Of a stretch of DNA of 64,000 nucleotides, positions 1 to 11,863 are shown piece by piece (the first letter of the stretch is position 1; every line of letters begins with the position of its first letter). The translations under genes were made by a program, and so were the position numbers. Below the pieces are notes generated by a model, which was not told the DNA's origin, searched no databases, and worked only from the letters and a program-made list of their open reading frames with translations. The DNA lies in IMG/VR virus record IMGVR_UViG_3300014047_000002, positions 1 to 64,000 of that record. One strand, 5' to 3'. The stretch comes from a virus (Duplodnaviria > Caudoviricetes).

Positions 1-156
1 TTAATTGTCTTCATTTTAAATTCATATTAATTTTAATATAATACTATAAATTTTAATATTTATTAATATACTTGTTTATAACAATTATTTTATAATACAA
101 TAAAATAGTTGAAAAGTTTTAACATATAAATATTTTATAAAAATAAATTTAATATT

Positions 157-2694
157 ATGCTTGATCCGAATTTAAGTTTAGAACAAAAAAGAGACTTATT
201 TAATAGAGCAAAAGATGCATATTATAATGGTGAGGAAATTATTTCAGATGCAGACTATGATCAGCTTGAAAAAGAATTAGGTCTTGAAAATAAAAGCTAT
301 GTTGGCAGTAAAAAAGGCAATTATACACAAAAGCACTCATTTATAATGGGTAGCTTAGCAAAAGTGCAGATTAAAGAAGACAAAAAAACAGGTGAAGTCA
401 ATTGGGAAGAGGCTGCAGCAAAGATTACTAAGTATCTTAATAAATCAAAAGGTACTACTGTATATGAAACTACGCCAAAGCTTGACGGATGTTCATTCTC
501 TCTTGAATTTAAGAATGATAATAATGAAGCAGTTTTAATTTCTTGCTCTACCCGTGGCGATGGTGCTTATGGAACAGATATATACAAATGGTTTGAAAAA
601 ACACTTTATGGAAAATATTGGGATAAGATTGATGATGCTGTAACATCTATATGTGAAGATGGTTCTAATGATATTCTTTGTATTAGAGGAGAAGTTCTTG
701 TTCCGCATGCATCATTTAAAGAATCTTATCAAGATTTCGCAAATCCTCGTGCATTTGTTGCAGGTTGTATTAATTCTAAGTGGGAGGATAAAAAAGAGCA
801 GAAAGAAATGTCTGGTGATTTACATTTTGTATGCTATGATTATCGCTTTGTAGATGGGATTTCTGGTAAATTTACAGAAATTTCTTGGATGAATCCAAAA
901 GATCCTACTTATAGAATGATTGCCCCATATTTGAACCATATCGGAGAACTTCCAGATGATGCATATTGTCAGGTGCATAATTATAGAGGTAAATTAACAG
1001 TGGAAGAATTACAGGAAATTTATAGTGAATACGATGATTATCGTCGTAATATATCTCCATATGCACTTGATGGTATTGTATTTAAACCTGCTGCATCTTC
1101 AAGACTTTATAATGATAAGAAAGAACGTCCGGATGATTGTATAGCCATGAAATTTATGCCGATGATGGAAGGTACTGAAATTATTGACATTAAATGGACA
1201 TGCGGTAAAGATGGTGAATATACGCCTATTGCATATATTAATCCTATTCAACTTGATGGCAAAGAAGTAAAGAAAGCCTCAATGCATAATTATAATTATG
1301 TTATGACAAAACACGTAGGTATTGGTTCTATTGTTCGTGTATCAATGGCAGGTGATATTATTCCATATATCTATGAAATTGTAGAAGCAAAAGGATGTTC
1401 AGATGAGCAAATAAAGAAACCTAAGGATGGATATGTAGAAACTGATCCAAAATCAGGAAATATGCATTTAATGAAGCAGTTTACTGATGATGGCAAAATG
1501 AAGAATAGCTTTGTGGCATCAGCAAAAACATTGAATATAAATGGTATTGGTCCGGCAATGGCTAATACCCTTTGGGATGCTTTACATAATATTGTTAATC
1601 CTCTTACAAATCTTGTACAATTAATTAATAAACGCGATACAATTATTGATACACTTGGAGATACAAAGTCTATTAGAAATATATGTGATGCATTACGTGA
1701 CTTTAGAGAACATATGACGCTTGAAGATATTATTGCAAGTTGTTGCTTTAAGAGCTGCGGTGAACGTGCAAGTCAAGTATGTGCAAAAATAATTAGAGGT
1801 GAAGTTGTAGATACTACAAGCATTCCTGGTGTTGCATATCAATGGGCATTAGATTTGAATTCTCCAGAAATTAAGATGGTTAAAGAATTTGCTGATGAAC
1901 TTGGAGTATCTTATGATATTCCTGCTGAAGGTCATGAAGATGATGAACAAGACAGAATTCCTATTATTATGACAGGTTCACCTTCTGATATTACAGATTT
2001 CAAGACAAAAGATGAATGGTTAAAAGCTCATCCACAATATGTAAATACGACATCTTGGAAGGAATGTAAAATCTTATTTACAGATGATCTTGAATCTAAT
2101 TCCGGTAAGATGAAGAAAGCAAAACAGAATGGAGTAGAAATTCGTTTATATGAAAATCTTTAGAGGATGAATGAAAATGAAGATAAAAAAATTCCTATTA
2201 TCATGACAGGTTCTCCAGCAGATGTGACAGATTATGAAACAAAGGAGGAATGGCTGAAAGCACATCCAGAATATAAAAATACAACATCGTGGAAAGAATG
2301 CAAAATATTGTTTACAAATGACCTTGATTCAGATTCAGGTAAAATGAAGAAAGCTAAAGAAAATGGGGTAGAAATCCGTTTATATGAATCACAGGAATAT
2401 ACACATGATGATATGGAATGCCTTAGAGTTATTGCAGAAGGTGAATTAGATTTTCTTAATCAAGAATGGGTAATAAATTGGAATGAAACAGACCTTATAG
2501 ACTATGTGAATGGTGATAGAGAACCAAATTATCTATACTTAGTAAAAGCAATTCTTGCTGATTGTGAAAGAGAATTAAGTTCAAATAAAGAAGTAAAAGA
2601 ATTACTTACCGCATATCCAAATACAGAATATAAAGAAGATATAGAAATTACACTATTACGAGCAATGCAAGAATATATTAAAGATATAATGTAA
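157..2694 (+). CDS. ligA: NAD-dependent DNA ligase with tandem C-terminal BRCT-like repeat (TAG at 2161-2163 read as Gln)
   Basis: Motifs ISDADYDQL, TPKLDG, TRGDG, RGEV, NPRAFVAG, LDGIVFK, GDIIP. The ORF at 2167 is in frame after TAG-AGG; ends TAA. Confidence 0.9.
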
Positions 2695-2698
2695 TTAT

Positions 2699-2725
2699 AA
2701 AGGATACTGAAATTCAGTATCCTTT
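2699..2725. terminator. Bidirectional intrinsic terminator
   Basis: Inverted repeat aaaggatactga-aat-tcagtatccttt between convergent genes. Confidence 0.75.
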
Positions 2726-2752
2726 AATTTTTATTATATTAATATATTGCTT

Positions 2753-4918
2753 TTATTTATTTTCCCATTCATTATATACTTTAAACTTTGGTTCATATTC
2801 TCCATCATATGGCATATTACTTTGTACGAAGCAACGTTTTCGTGTTTTTACATTACTTACATTCCAGTGAGAAATATCTTGGCAAAAATTAGAATATTCA
2901 AACATGCTATCCATTGTCTCTGCACTTATTGTATTCCATTTAGTTATATCAGAATTCCATTTATGCGCACGCATAAACATTCTTGAAAAATCTTTTACTT
3001 TGCTAACATCCCATTTACTAATGTCTCCATTAAACTCTTTTGCTTCATAAAACATACAACTCATTGTTTCTACATTAGATGTATCCCATCCAGATATATC
3101 ACCATCATAAGAAGAGAATTCAAACATACCAAACATATTTTTAACATTAGATGTATCCCACATAGATAAATCATGATCAAAAAAATTATTATAGGCGAAC
3201 ATTTCTGGCATTAACCTTACATTACTTACATCCCATGCCTGTATATCCTAATTAAATTCTGCTCTAAAAAACATCTATGACATATCTTTAACATTATCTG
3301 TATACCAATCATCTAATGGCTTATCATATTTAGAACCATAAAATAACATTGCCATATTAACAGCACTATATGTTTTCCAATTATTTAATGGTTTATTAAA
3401 ACGGCTATTTGCAAACATTGCTTTCATATTAACAACATTACCTACATCCCAATCATTAATATCAGTATTAAAAAATCGATTATCAGAAAACATATAAGAC
3501 ATATCAGTAACATTAGATACATTCCATTTACTAATATCCTAATTAAATGAACACTGAGAAAACATGCCTTTCATATTAACAACATTACCTACATCCCAAT
3601 TACTTATGTCCTTATTAAAATATGATTGGAAAAACATATATTCCATAGATATAGCATTACTAACATCCCATCGAGATATATCACCATTAAAATTTGATTT
3701 AAAAAACAATTTATCCAATTTTTTTATTTTTGAAACATCTATCCAATTTAAACTGCATTCATTTCCAAATACTTTTATACATTGTTTTATAAGTGCTCTT
3801 AATTCAGTTTTTCCTTTAGGTACATAAATTGCATCCATCATAAAAAGATCTGCATATTCTGCCGGAGGAATAATACCTTTAAGTATATATGCAATACCAT
3901 CTTCCATTCTATAATGCAGGGCTTTCATATCTTCTACTGTTTTCTATATTCCGGTAGTCTTTTTAACAGATCCAAAATCAAAAGCTTCTGATATATTATC
4001 CATATTAAATTTTGGCATATATGATTTCTTAATAGGACATTCAAATATATCTTTTATTTTTGTCACTTTACTTACATTCCACTTTGATATATTTTTATTA
4101 AAGCATGAGCAATAAAACATATTTTTCATATTAGTAACATTGCTAACATCCCAGTTACCAATATCACCATTAAATTCAGAATGATTAAACATATCTTCCA
4201 TATCAGTAACACTACTAACATCCCAATTAGATAGATCCCCTTTAAAATCAGGGTTTCTCATAAACATACCAGACATATCCTCTACACTACTAACATCCCA
4301 TTTAGATATATCACCATTAAACTCAGTAAATTTAAACATACCAGACATATCCTCTACACTACTTACATCCCAAGAAGATATATCATTATTAAATTTAGAT
4401 CCAAAAAACATACAGGACATATTAATAACATTAGATACATCCCATTTAGATATATTATTATTAAAATCGGAACCATAAAACATATGCGCCATATCTGCAA
4501 CGTTACTGACATTCCATTTACTAATATCACCTGTAAATTTTGATTGATAGAACATTTTATACATATCAATAACATTACTTACATTCCATTTAGATATATC
4601 GCCGTTAAAATCTGAAAAATAGAATAGTTCTGACATATCATCAATACTACTTACATCAATCCAATTAAGAGTACACTCATTACCAAACTATTTAATAAAA
4701 TACTCTATTAATTCTTTTAATCTAGTTTTACCAGATATTTTATAAATACCTACATTAGATTTTAATAACTTATAATCTTCATCTGTTAATTTTTCATATC
4801 CACTTATTTTTTCTCTTATATTCTATAACAATACATCATATACATTAACAGATTTCTTTTGATTATTAATATTATTAAAATCAAATGTTTCTACTATATG
4901 TTTTATATAATTATTCAT
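2753..4918 (-). CDS. BspA/DUF285-type repeat protein, two-module fusion (~721 aa, recoded)
   Basis: FNGDISxWDVSxVxxMxxMF repeats; four track ORFs are all in frame and separated only by TAG; starts [14 protein letters not shown]. Confidence 0.85.
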
Positions 4919-5553
4919 TAATCATTTTTAAATTTTGGCTTATATTCTTTTTTTATTGGACAGTTAGTAAACATATTATCCATATCAGTAACCTTACTAA
5001 CATCCCAGTTACTAATATCCTTATTAAACATAGAATGATAAAACATATCATGTATATCAGTGACATTACTTACATCCCACTAACTAATATCCTTATTAAA
5101 CTTAGAATATGCAAACATCCAACTCATATCAGTGACATTACTTACATCCCACTAACTAATATCCTCATTAAACTTAGACTATGTAAACATACTATTCATA
5201 TCAGTTACATTGCAGACATCCCACTGACTAATATCACCATTAAACTTAGAACTGTCAAACATATGATTCATATCAGTGACATTACTGACATTTATCCAGT
5301 TAAGATTACATTCATTATCAAACTATTTTATAAAATAACTTATTAACTCTTGTAATTCATCATGATCCGATACCTTATATATTCCTACACAATTCTTTAA
5401 TATATCATAATCATCTTTTGATAAGTTTTCTCTGTTATCAATTTTCTATATAATATATTGTAATACAGTAGCTACTGCATTAATTTTCTTATTCTATTTC
5501 TTAACTGAGTTAAAATCAAATGTTTCTACTATATGTTTTATATAATTATTCAT
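4918..5553 (-). CDS. BspA/DUF285-type repeat protein (recoded, missed by ORF track)
   Basis: Start [23 protein letters not shown] repeats, ends [11 protein letters not shown] overlapping the next ATG. Confidence 0.8.
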
Positions 5554-6422
5554 ACATACATATAATTAAATTTTGGTTTAAGTGGACAATCTTTGAACAT
5601 ATCTTTTAAATTACTTGATACGCTTACATTCCAATTATATATAGATTCTTTGTTATAATTTGATCTAGCAAACATCTTTTCCGCATTAATAATTTTATTA
5701 ATATTCCATTTAGATAAATCCTTATTAAATGCGGTATTTGAATAAAACATTTCCTAAAAACTTATAACACTTGATACATCCCATGAAGATATGTCCTAAT
5801 TAAATGATGTATTATATGCAAACATACGTGTCATATCAGTAACACTACTTACATCCCATTTACTAATATCTCCATTAAATTTAGTGGTTTCAAACATATC
5901 CCGCATATTTGTGACATTACTTACATCCCATGTACTAATGTTTCCATTAAAAGTAGACTACATAAACATCCTTTCCATATTTGTGACATTACTAACATCC
6001 CAAGAAGATAAGTCTCCCTAAAAAGCCTTAGAACATGAAAACATACCATACATATTTGTTGCATTAGATACATCCCATTTAGAAATATCACCATTGAATG
6101 TACTTCCCCAAAATAAATCAGAAAAATCTGTGATATTACTTACATCAATCCAATTAAGATTACATTCATTACCAAAATTTGCAATAAATGAACCTATTAT
6201 TGATTTTAATTCCTCTATATCTTTAACAGGATATATACCAGTAAATGAAATTAATATGTTATATTCATCTTTTGTTATTAAATCATCTATTGTTTTATCT
6301 TTTATTGCAACTTTATTTAAAATATTTTTTATTACAATATCTGATATATTTAAGTGTTTTTTATCTTTATTAATAGAATTGAAATCAAATGCTTCAACTA
6401 TATGTTTTATCTAATTATTCAT
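5550..6422 (-). CDS. BspA/DUF285-type repeat protein (recoded)
   Basis: Start MNN(Q)IKHIVEAFDF; in frame with track ORF 5550-5750; ATGA overlap with the downstream gene. Confidence 0.8.
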
Positions 6423-6539
6423 TTATATGGAATATATTTTTATATTTATTACAATGAAAAAATGCGGGACATGTTTCACAACAAACCCGCATCAATTTAT
6501 AAAAAAATTAATCTAATTTTACGATGAAAAACACAATTA

Positions 6540-6752
6540 TTAACCTTTCTCAAAGAACTTCTTCAATTGAGGCCTATATTTCCAAAGAATCATTACAACA
6601 GAAAACCATGACATAAGTCCTATAACTGCCACCATCCCTGGTTGCAATTCATCTTTTACTACTTTGTTTTTATTCTCTCTTTCTGCTACAATTAAAAGCA
6701 TTATGCCTAATACAGTAGCAATAATTACTCCAACTATATAAAATGTACCCAT
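6540..6752 (-). CDS. Small membrane protein
   Basis: Two hydrophobic segments; packed in operon. Confidence 0.6.
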   Translation of the reverse strand: MGTFYIVGVIIATVLGIMLLIVAERENKNKVVKDELQPGMVAVIGLMSWFSVVMILWKYRPQLKKFFEKG

Positions 6753-6754
6753 AA

Positions 6755-7237
6755 TTATTTCTTATTTTTGTTATTGGCATTATCAATAATTTCTGTAGTT
6801 CTCGGATTACGTAATGCTGCCCAATAAATTTCCTGACATGCTGGTAAATCCGTTGCATAGCAACATACATCACCTCCCCTTTCTAACCACCATATATTAT
6901 GTGCTTTCTGTACGCCATCAAACTTTCTGAATACTGCCAAATGCTTTGGATGTGCTAATACCCAATCATAAAATTCATTTAGAAGCATTTCAATCTCTTC
7001 TAATTGCTGAATATGACGTATTACTGTATAATGCTTGTTCTTTGTTGTAAAATATGCATTCAAATACTTATTTACTTCTTTAACAGTAAAAGGGTTATTC
7101 AAACGCAGTTGTTTACTCCATCTAAAAAAAGTATTACGATTATTATTAGAAATATAATGATATTCCTTATTACCGTCTACAACAATTTCAAATAATGTAC
7201 ATCGACGTTTCAGAACAGTTGTACTTTTATATCTCAT
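6755..7237 (-). CDS. Hypothetical protein
   Basis: Intact ORF directly after a TAnnTTTG promoter. Confidence 0.65.
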   Translation of the reverse strand: MRYKSTTVLKRRCTLFEIVVDGNKEYHYISNNNRNTFFRWSKQLRLNNPFTVKEVNKYLNAYFTTKNKHYTVIRHIQQLEEIEMLLNEFYDWVLAHPKHLAVFRKFDGVQKAHNIWWLERGGDVCCYATDLPACQEIYWAALRNPRTTEIIDNANNKNKK

Positions 7238-7255
7238 AACTTTAATTATTTACTG

Positions 7256-7263
7256 CAAATATA
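7256..7263 (-). promoter_or_regulatory. Bacteroidota-type -7 promoter element (early)
   Basis: TATATTTG(CA) matches TAnnTTTG. Confidence 0.65.
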
Positions 7264-7291
7264 ATAATTATTTTTGTAATATAAAAATATA

Positions 7292-7753
7292 TTAAGGTTT
7301 TTTAGGATTTCTTTTACCTTGTTTGAATTCATCAAAAGTTACATTTGGATCATCTTCTCTAAAAGGGTTCCATGCTATATAATGATCTTTCATATATTTT
7401 TGATATGCATCATAATTTTTATAGATATATGGAAGTATATCACCTTTTTTATGGTTCTCTAATCTGTTTTCAAGAATAAGTACCCAAAAATTACACCAAT
7501 CTTTTAAACCTACATATCCCTCTGCTTTTACTCCAAGTTTTTCACCATATATATCATCAAGCAACCCTACTGCCCAACCTGGTTCTTGTCTAAGTTGCTC
7601 TAATACTGAATCTTTAAATTCCTTGGGGTTTTCTATACACCATTTCTTTAACTCTTCATAATATGGTTTTGCTGCAGGATCTGCACTACCATGAGCAGAA
7701 AACATAAAAGATTCATGCCATTTATTATATAATTCTAAATATGTATTATTCAT
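7292..7753 (-). CDS. Hypothetical protein
   Basis: Intact ORF in a tightly packed operon. Confidence 0.65.
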   Translation of the reverse strand: MNNTYLELYNKWHESFMFSAHGSADPAAKPYYEELKKWCIENPKEFKDSVLEQLRQEPGWAVGLLDDIYGEKLGVKAEGYVGLKDWCNFWVLILENRLENHKKGDILPYIYKNYDAYQKYMKDHYIAWNPFREDDPNVTFDEFKQGKRNPKKP

Positions 7754-8361
7754 TAAAATCCTATTCTAACATTTTTAAATTCTTCATCTGTTGTTAGTTC
7801 TTTATATGTCATATTACCATATTCTATATGCCCATAATTATTATATAAATTATCGCTAACATCCTCATTATATAAGTTATACATTTCTCTTAAAGGAATG
7901 TTTAAATCTAACACATCTTCTATTGTATGCTTAGATATACTCCACCCATCATGTATAAGTCCTGTAAAAATATCTATACTCCATTTATCATCTTCTGTAC
8001 ACCATAAATTCTTCCCCCAATTACCGTTTACATATTGATCATATATTCTATCTACATGCTTAATCCAAATCCAAAATCGGCAAAACAACCAATGAAGTAA
8101 TTTTCTCCGTATATCTATAGTCCAACCATCTTTATCATCTTCTCCAATACCTACATTAAATGCCGGTTGAACTTGTGTATATCGTATATCATGTGGCCAA
8201 AGATATAATCCTGCTTTATATTTTTGTTTCTTAAATCTTACCCAAATATATCTATGTCCAGTAGATTTAACTTCTTGAAATTGTATTTTTTCTACAGCTA
8301 TATTATTATTTTTAATATAGTCAAAGTTATTTATATAATCTATTAAATGTTCATATGTCAT
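7753..8361 (-). CDS. Hypothetical protein
   Basis: Intact ORF, stop/start overlap. Confidence 0.65.
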   Translation of the reverse strand: MTYEHLIDYINNFDYIKNNNIAVEKIQFQEVKSTGHRYIWVRFKKQKYKAGLYLWPHDIRYTQVQPAFNVGIGEDDKDGWTIDIRRKLLHWLFCRFWIWIKHVDRIYDQYVNGNWGKNLWCTEDDKWSIDIFTGLIHDGWSISKHTIEDVLDLNIPLREMYNLYNEDVSDNLYNNYGHIEYGNMTYKELTTDEEFKNVRIGF

Positions 8362-8367
8362 ATAATC

Positions 8368-8838
8368 TCATTTATATTTTGTATTTGTAAATGGAGAAAT
8401 ATCATATCCATTTTCTTTCCAGTATTTGATAATATTATCATATATTTCTCCAGTAACATCTAATCGTCCACCTTGCCATCCAGATTGTATATCCAGTGAA
8501 TACCAACCACCGTCTTTTGTACGTGCAAACCATAAATTATACTTATCGTACTTTGGACATGATACTTCAACAAAATAATCAGTAGCATCAGCATATATCC
8601 AATCATTACATTTCTTTTCTTTTAGCCAACATTCTATAAGAGTATTATTTTCTTTATGATATACACCATTATTATCCCATACAGAAATATCTTTAATAAT
8701 AATATCCCTTGCATCATCATATTTTACTACTTGCTCTACTTTACAGATATAATGTCTTCCTGGAGAAAGTTTACCATCATCAAAGAAATGATAGAATTTG
8801 CCAACTTCTGGTATAGGTTTTAATTTCTGATTATTCAT
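8368..8838 (-). CDS. Hypothetical protein
   Basis: Intact ORF in operon. Confidence 0.65.
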   Translation of the reverse strand: MNNQKLKPIPEVGKFYHFFDDGKLSPGRHYICKVEQVVKYDDARDIIIKDISVWDNNGVYHKENNTLIECWLKEKKCNDWIYADATDYFVEVSCPKYDKYNLWFARTKDGGWYSLDIQSGWQGGRLDVTGEIYDNIIKYWKENGYDISPFTNTKYK

Positions 8839-9142
8839 CTCTGTATATTTTTATAATATTAAAATTTAAAATAGTATATGTATTATTATGCCAAAAATCA
8901 TATTCAGATGCCATTTTCCAAGTGTTCTTTTTTAATTTTTCATATCTATATCCCTTATAATTAATATGATGAGTATTATTTTCAACAATGAAATCTGCAT
9001 ATTTTTGTTCTAAAAATTTCTGAGCATCTTCTTTTGTTTCAAATCCACCTATATCATATACATGTACATATGTTTCTGTAGGATAACATCCTCTATCTTT
9101 ATATTGTATAGAATGCTCAATAATTATAAATTCTGTTTTCAC
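8831..9142 (-). CDS. Hypothetical protein
   Basis: Intact ORF in operon (GTG start). Confidence 0.55.
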   Translation of the reverse strand: MKTEFIIIEHSIQYKDRGCYPTETYVHVYDIGGFETKEDAQKFLEQKYADFIVENNTHHINYKGYRYEKLKKNTWKMASEYDFWHNNTYTILNFNIIKIYRDE

Positions 9143-9192
9143 TATTAAAAATATTAAATAACTACTAAAAAATGCAAAAGAGAATAATTAAA

Positions 9193-9471
9193 TTAATTAT
9201 TCTCTTTTTTATCTATATTTTTCTTTTCCCAATATTCAGGATGTTCTGTTTTCATTCTTTCAAGAATCCTCATATCTATTTCATGACTTAAATGATCTAC
9301 CATGACCTTTAAATTTTTCTTTGCTTGCTTGATAGCTAGTTTTTTCTGCTTTCTTGAAAGTTTACCATATATAGTAGAACCATCTGGTAAATGCAATACA
9401 TGTGATTTACCTTTTACTGCTGTTATCTTTTTTAATACAGTATCAATTTGTTTATCTGTAACAGTTATCAT
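9193..9471 (-). CDS. Hypothetical protein
   Basis: Intact ORF, ATGA overlap. Confidence 0.6.
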   Translation of the reverse strand: MITVTDKQIDTVLKKITAVKGKSHVLHLPDGSTIYGKLSRKQKKLAIKQAKKNLKVMVDHLSHEIDMRILERMKTEHPEYWEKKNIDKKENN

Positions 9472-9935
9472 TTATCAAATGGATTAATTTTAATATATTC
9501 TCTGACTTTACGGAATATACGCCAAGTATCTAAATAATATAGCATTACTCTTTGTAAATAAAGTATGCCATTTTCCTGATTTAATAATTCAAAATCCAAA
9601 GTAGTTATTGGAGTATCTATTACACTTTCAGCAAAATCATTTTTACGTTTCAGCATAATATATTCAACACAAGCATCTTTCTGAAGAAATTCAATAGGAT
9701 ATTGCTCATATGTATAAGCGAGATTTTTAAAAGCTTTTTGTGTTTTACATACTTCTACAAAATCTGCCCATACTTCACGATTAAATGTAATATTATACTT
9801 ATGAAATAATTTTATCAACTCTTCTGTATTATTATAAGATATTTTATCATCTGTATATTTTTGAAGAGTATGAAATAAACATTTATTTATAAGTTTTACA
9901 TATGCCTTATATTTGTTTTTCTCTTTACCTAACAT
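9468..9935 (-). CDS. Hypothetical protein
   Basis: Intact ORF in operon. Confidence 0.6.
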   Translation of the reverse strand: MLGKEKNKYKAYVKLINKCLFHTLQKYTDDKISYNNTEELIKLFHKYNITFNREVWADFVEVCKTQKAFKNLAYTYEQYPIEFLQKDACVEYIMLKRKNDFAESVIDTPITTLDFELLNQENGILYLQRVMLYYLDTWRIFRKVREYIKINPFDK

Positions 9936-9937
9936 AA

Positions 9938-10402
9938 TTATTTCTGTTTATATCCGAATTCTGCCAATCCAATAAATACATATTTCATAATCAAAACCCA
10001 TTTTATACCTGTATCTGTAGTACGTAAGAATCCTGGATTTGCTTTTATCTCTCCATTAATATATGTCAAAAGTTTTCTTCTGTCTACTAAATACAAAGTA
10101 TTATCAAATATAAATGCTATTAAATTGCATTCATTTGCTTTTTCATCTACTAATGGTCCATTTTCATAAGGTAATGCAACATTATTATTTCCTTCAGAAT
10201 TTTCTTTTGCATAAATACCAAATTTCTTTTCATCCCAATAAAGCCAATAATCTACATTCTTTGCATTATCTTCTTTATTTCCTTCTTCCATTTTTACAAA
10301 TGAAGGATTCTTTGACATTATATGATTTATAATATCTGCTACTTCTTTTGATTTCTTTGGTTTACTTGTAATAAATGCTTCTGCTGCTTGCAATACTCCC
10401 AT
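9938..10402 (-). CDS. Hypothetical protein, possible degenerate PD-(D/E)XK fold
   Basis: VDYW...IYAK pattern; weak. Confidence 0.5.
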   Translation of the reverse strand: MGVLQAAEAFITSKPKKSKEVADIINHIMSKNPSFVKMEEGNKEDNAKNVDYWLYWDEKKFGIYAKENSEGNNNVALPYENGPLVDEKANECNLIAFIFDNTLYLVDRRKLLTYINGEIKANPGFLRTTDTGIKWVLIMKYVFIGLAEFGYKQK

Positions 10403-10404
10403 AA

Positions 10405-10887
10405 TTATTTCTTTTCTTTTTTAAATGGTTTTATATATATGTATCTTGGATAACGGCCCAATACAAATAATGTAACTGGACATATCCACATAGTAGTTAT
10501 AACTTCTTTTGTAGATGATGAACCATCCTCATTTGTATAAAATTTCTTTACTTTATTAATATAACTTGCGCCTAATGTGAATTCTGAATATTCATAACGA
10601 CGATATTCATCATATCCTTGATAAGCATCTGGATCTAATGGTCGTTTTGATGCAATTATATCAACAGTAACATTATCTTTACCTTCTGCATATTTTTCAC
10701 ACAATCCATCAGCACCTGATACCATTTCAAGATTATCATGAGAAAATCCCCAATTAGGAAAATCATAATACCAGCGCTTTACCACAGAATCACGTTCAGC
10801 TTTAAAACGTAATCTATATTTCTTCTTTCTTATTAATACATTCTTTATAAGTATTAATATAGTTATTATTTTATCAATTATTTTCAT
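10405..10887 (-). CDS. DUF6717-like protein
   Basis: WYYDFPNW...LEMVSGAD...WICPVTLFVLGRYP, recognised from memory. Confidence 0.55.
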   Translation of the reverse strand: MKIIDKIITILILIKNVLIRKKKYRLRFKAERDSVVKRWYYDFPNWGFSHDNLEMVSGADGLCEKYAEGKDNVTVDIIASKRPLDPDAYQGYDEYRRYEYSEFTLGASYINKVKKFYTNEDGSSSTKEVITTMWICPVTLFVLGRYPRYIYIKPFKKEKK

Positions 10888-11062
10888 TGCTTTTTAGTGT
10901 AAATTTCATAATTAATGATTTTATAGGTCTTATAAAATATGCATGAACTATATTTGTATCTTCATCATAATCTATATGATCTAATTCCATATTACCATAT
11001 TCACATTTTTCTGGTATACCTTCCATTATAATATTATTCTGATTTTTCATTTTGGTTTTCAA
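10874..11062 (-). CDS. Hypothetical protein
   Basis: Short ORF overlapping both neighbours. Confidence 0.45.
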   Translation of the reverse strand: MKTKMKNQNNIIMEGIPEKCEYGNMELDHIDYDEDTNIVHAYFIRPIKSLIMKFTLKSNENN

Positions 11063-11774
11063 TTGCTTTTATTTCTCTTGTTTCTTCATCTAATATAAAT
11101 CCTTTTCTACAATCTAAACATGCCAAGAATTTTTCTATAATAGGCTGACTCTTTAATTGTGTATGTCCAAATATATTATAATATCTCTTAAATTGTGGAT
11201 GTTTTGCGGAACATTCTCTTATATCTCCCCAAACAATTGAACCATGAGGATGCCATCCGCCTCTACAATATCCTGCTCTGTTTATTAATTCACAAAGTAA
11301 ATCAGGATCTGTGAAAAGTATATCATTTAAGAAATCTATTATTTCCTCAGGTGTTTTAAATTCTGCCAAATACTCTCCGCAATCTTCTACCCATTTCTTT
11401 AAGAAAGCTGCATGTGTAAACAAATATGTTTTATACTTTAATTTCTTATAATAACCTACTTTAAATAAATGCATATTTTCTTTAAACAGATTTTCTATCT
11501 TTTTCATATTAGTAAAATCTGTTCTACATTCATGCATTTTCTTAAAGATATACTGTATAAAATCATGATTGCCCAATAGTAATATAACATTATCCATATG
11601 AGCCTTTTTAAATTCTAATATTTCCTGGAAATTTAATATTGCGTCTTTTCTTGTTATCCATTCCGCGGGATATGGATCTAGATAATCCCCTAAAAATATT
11701 ATTTGCTCATTTTCATGTCCTTTTACACAATCCTTCCAAAATGTTCTTCCGTGTATGTCTGGTATTATTATCAT
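11034..11774 (-). CDS. Calcineurin-like metallophosphoesterase
   Basis: DIHG, GDYLD, GNHD, THA and GHT motifs. Confidence 0.9.
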   Translation of the reverse strand: MIIIPDIHGRTFWKDCVKGHENEQIIFLGDYLDPYPAEWITRKDAILNFQEILEFKKAHMDNVILLLGNHDFIQYIFKKMHECRTDFTNMKKIENLFKENMHLFKVGYYKKLKYKTYLFTHAAFLKKWVEDCGEYLAEFKTPEEIIDFLNDILFTDPDLLCELINRAGYCRGGWHPHGSIVWGDIRECSAKHPQFKRYYNIFGHTQLKSQPIIEKFLACLDCRKGFILDEETREIKAIENQNEKSE

Positions 11775-11863
11775 AATAAAATAAAGATGATTAATATTAA
11801 TCCTATAATTTTATACAGAATTGATATTAACCATCTTTCTATTACTTTTATTTTTATTTTTTA

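Noticed and set aside
2753-6422. Apparent pseudogenes or fragmented ORFs
   Set aside because: All breaks are in-frame TAG, explained by recoding.
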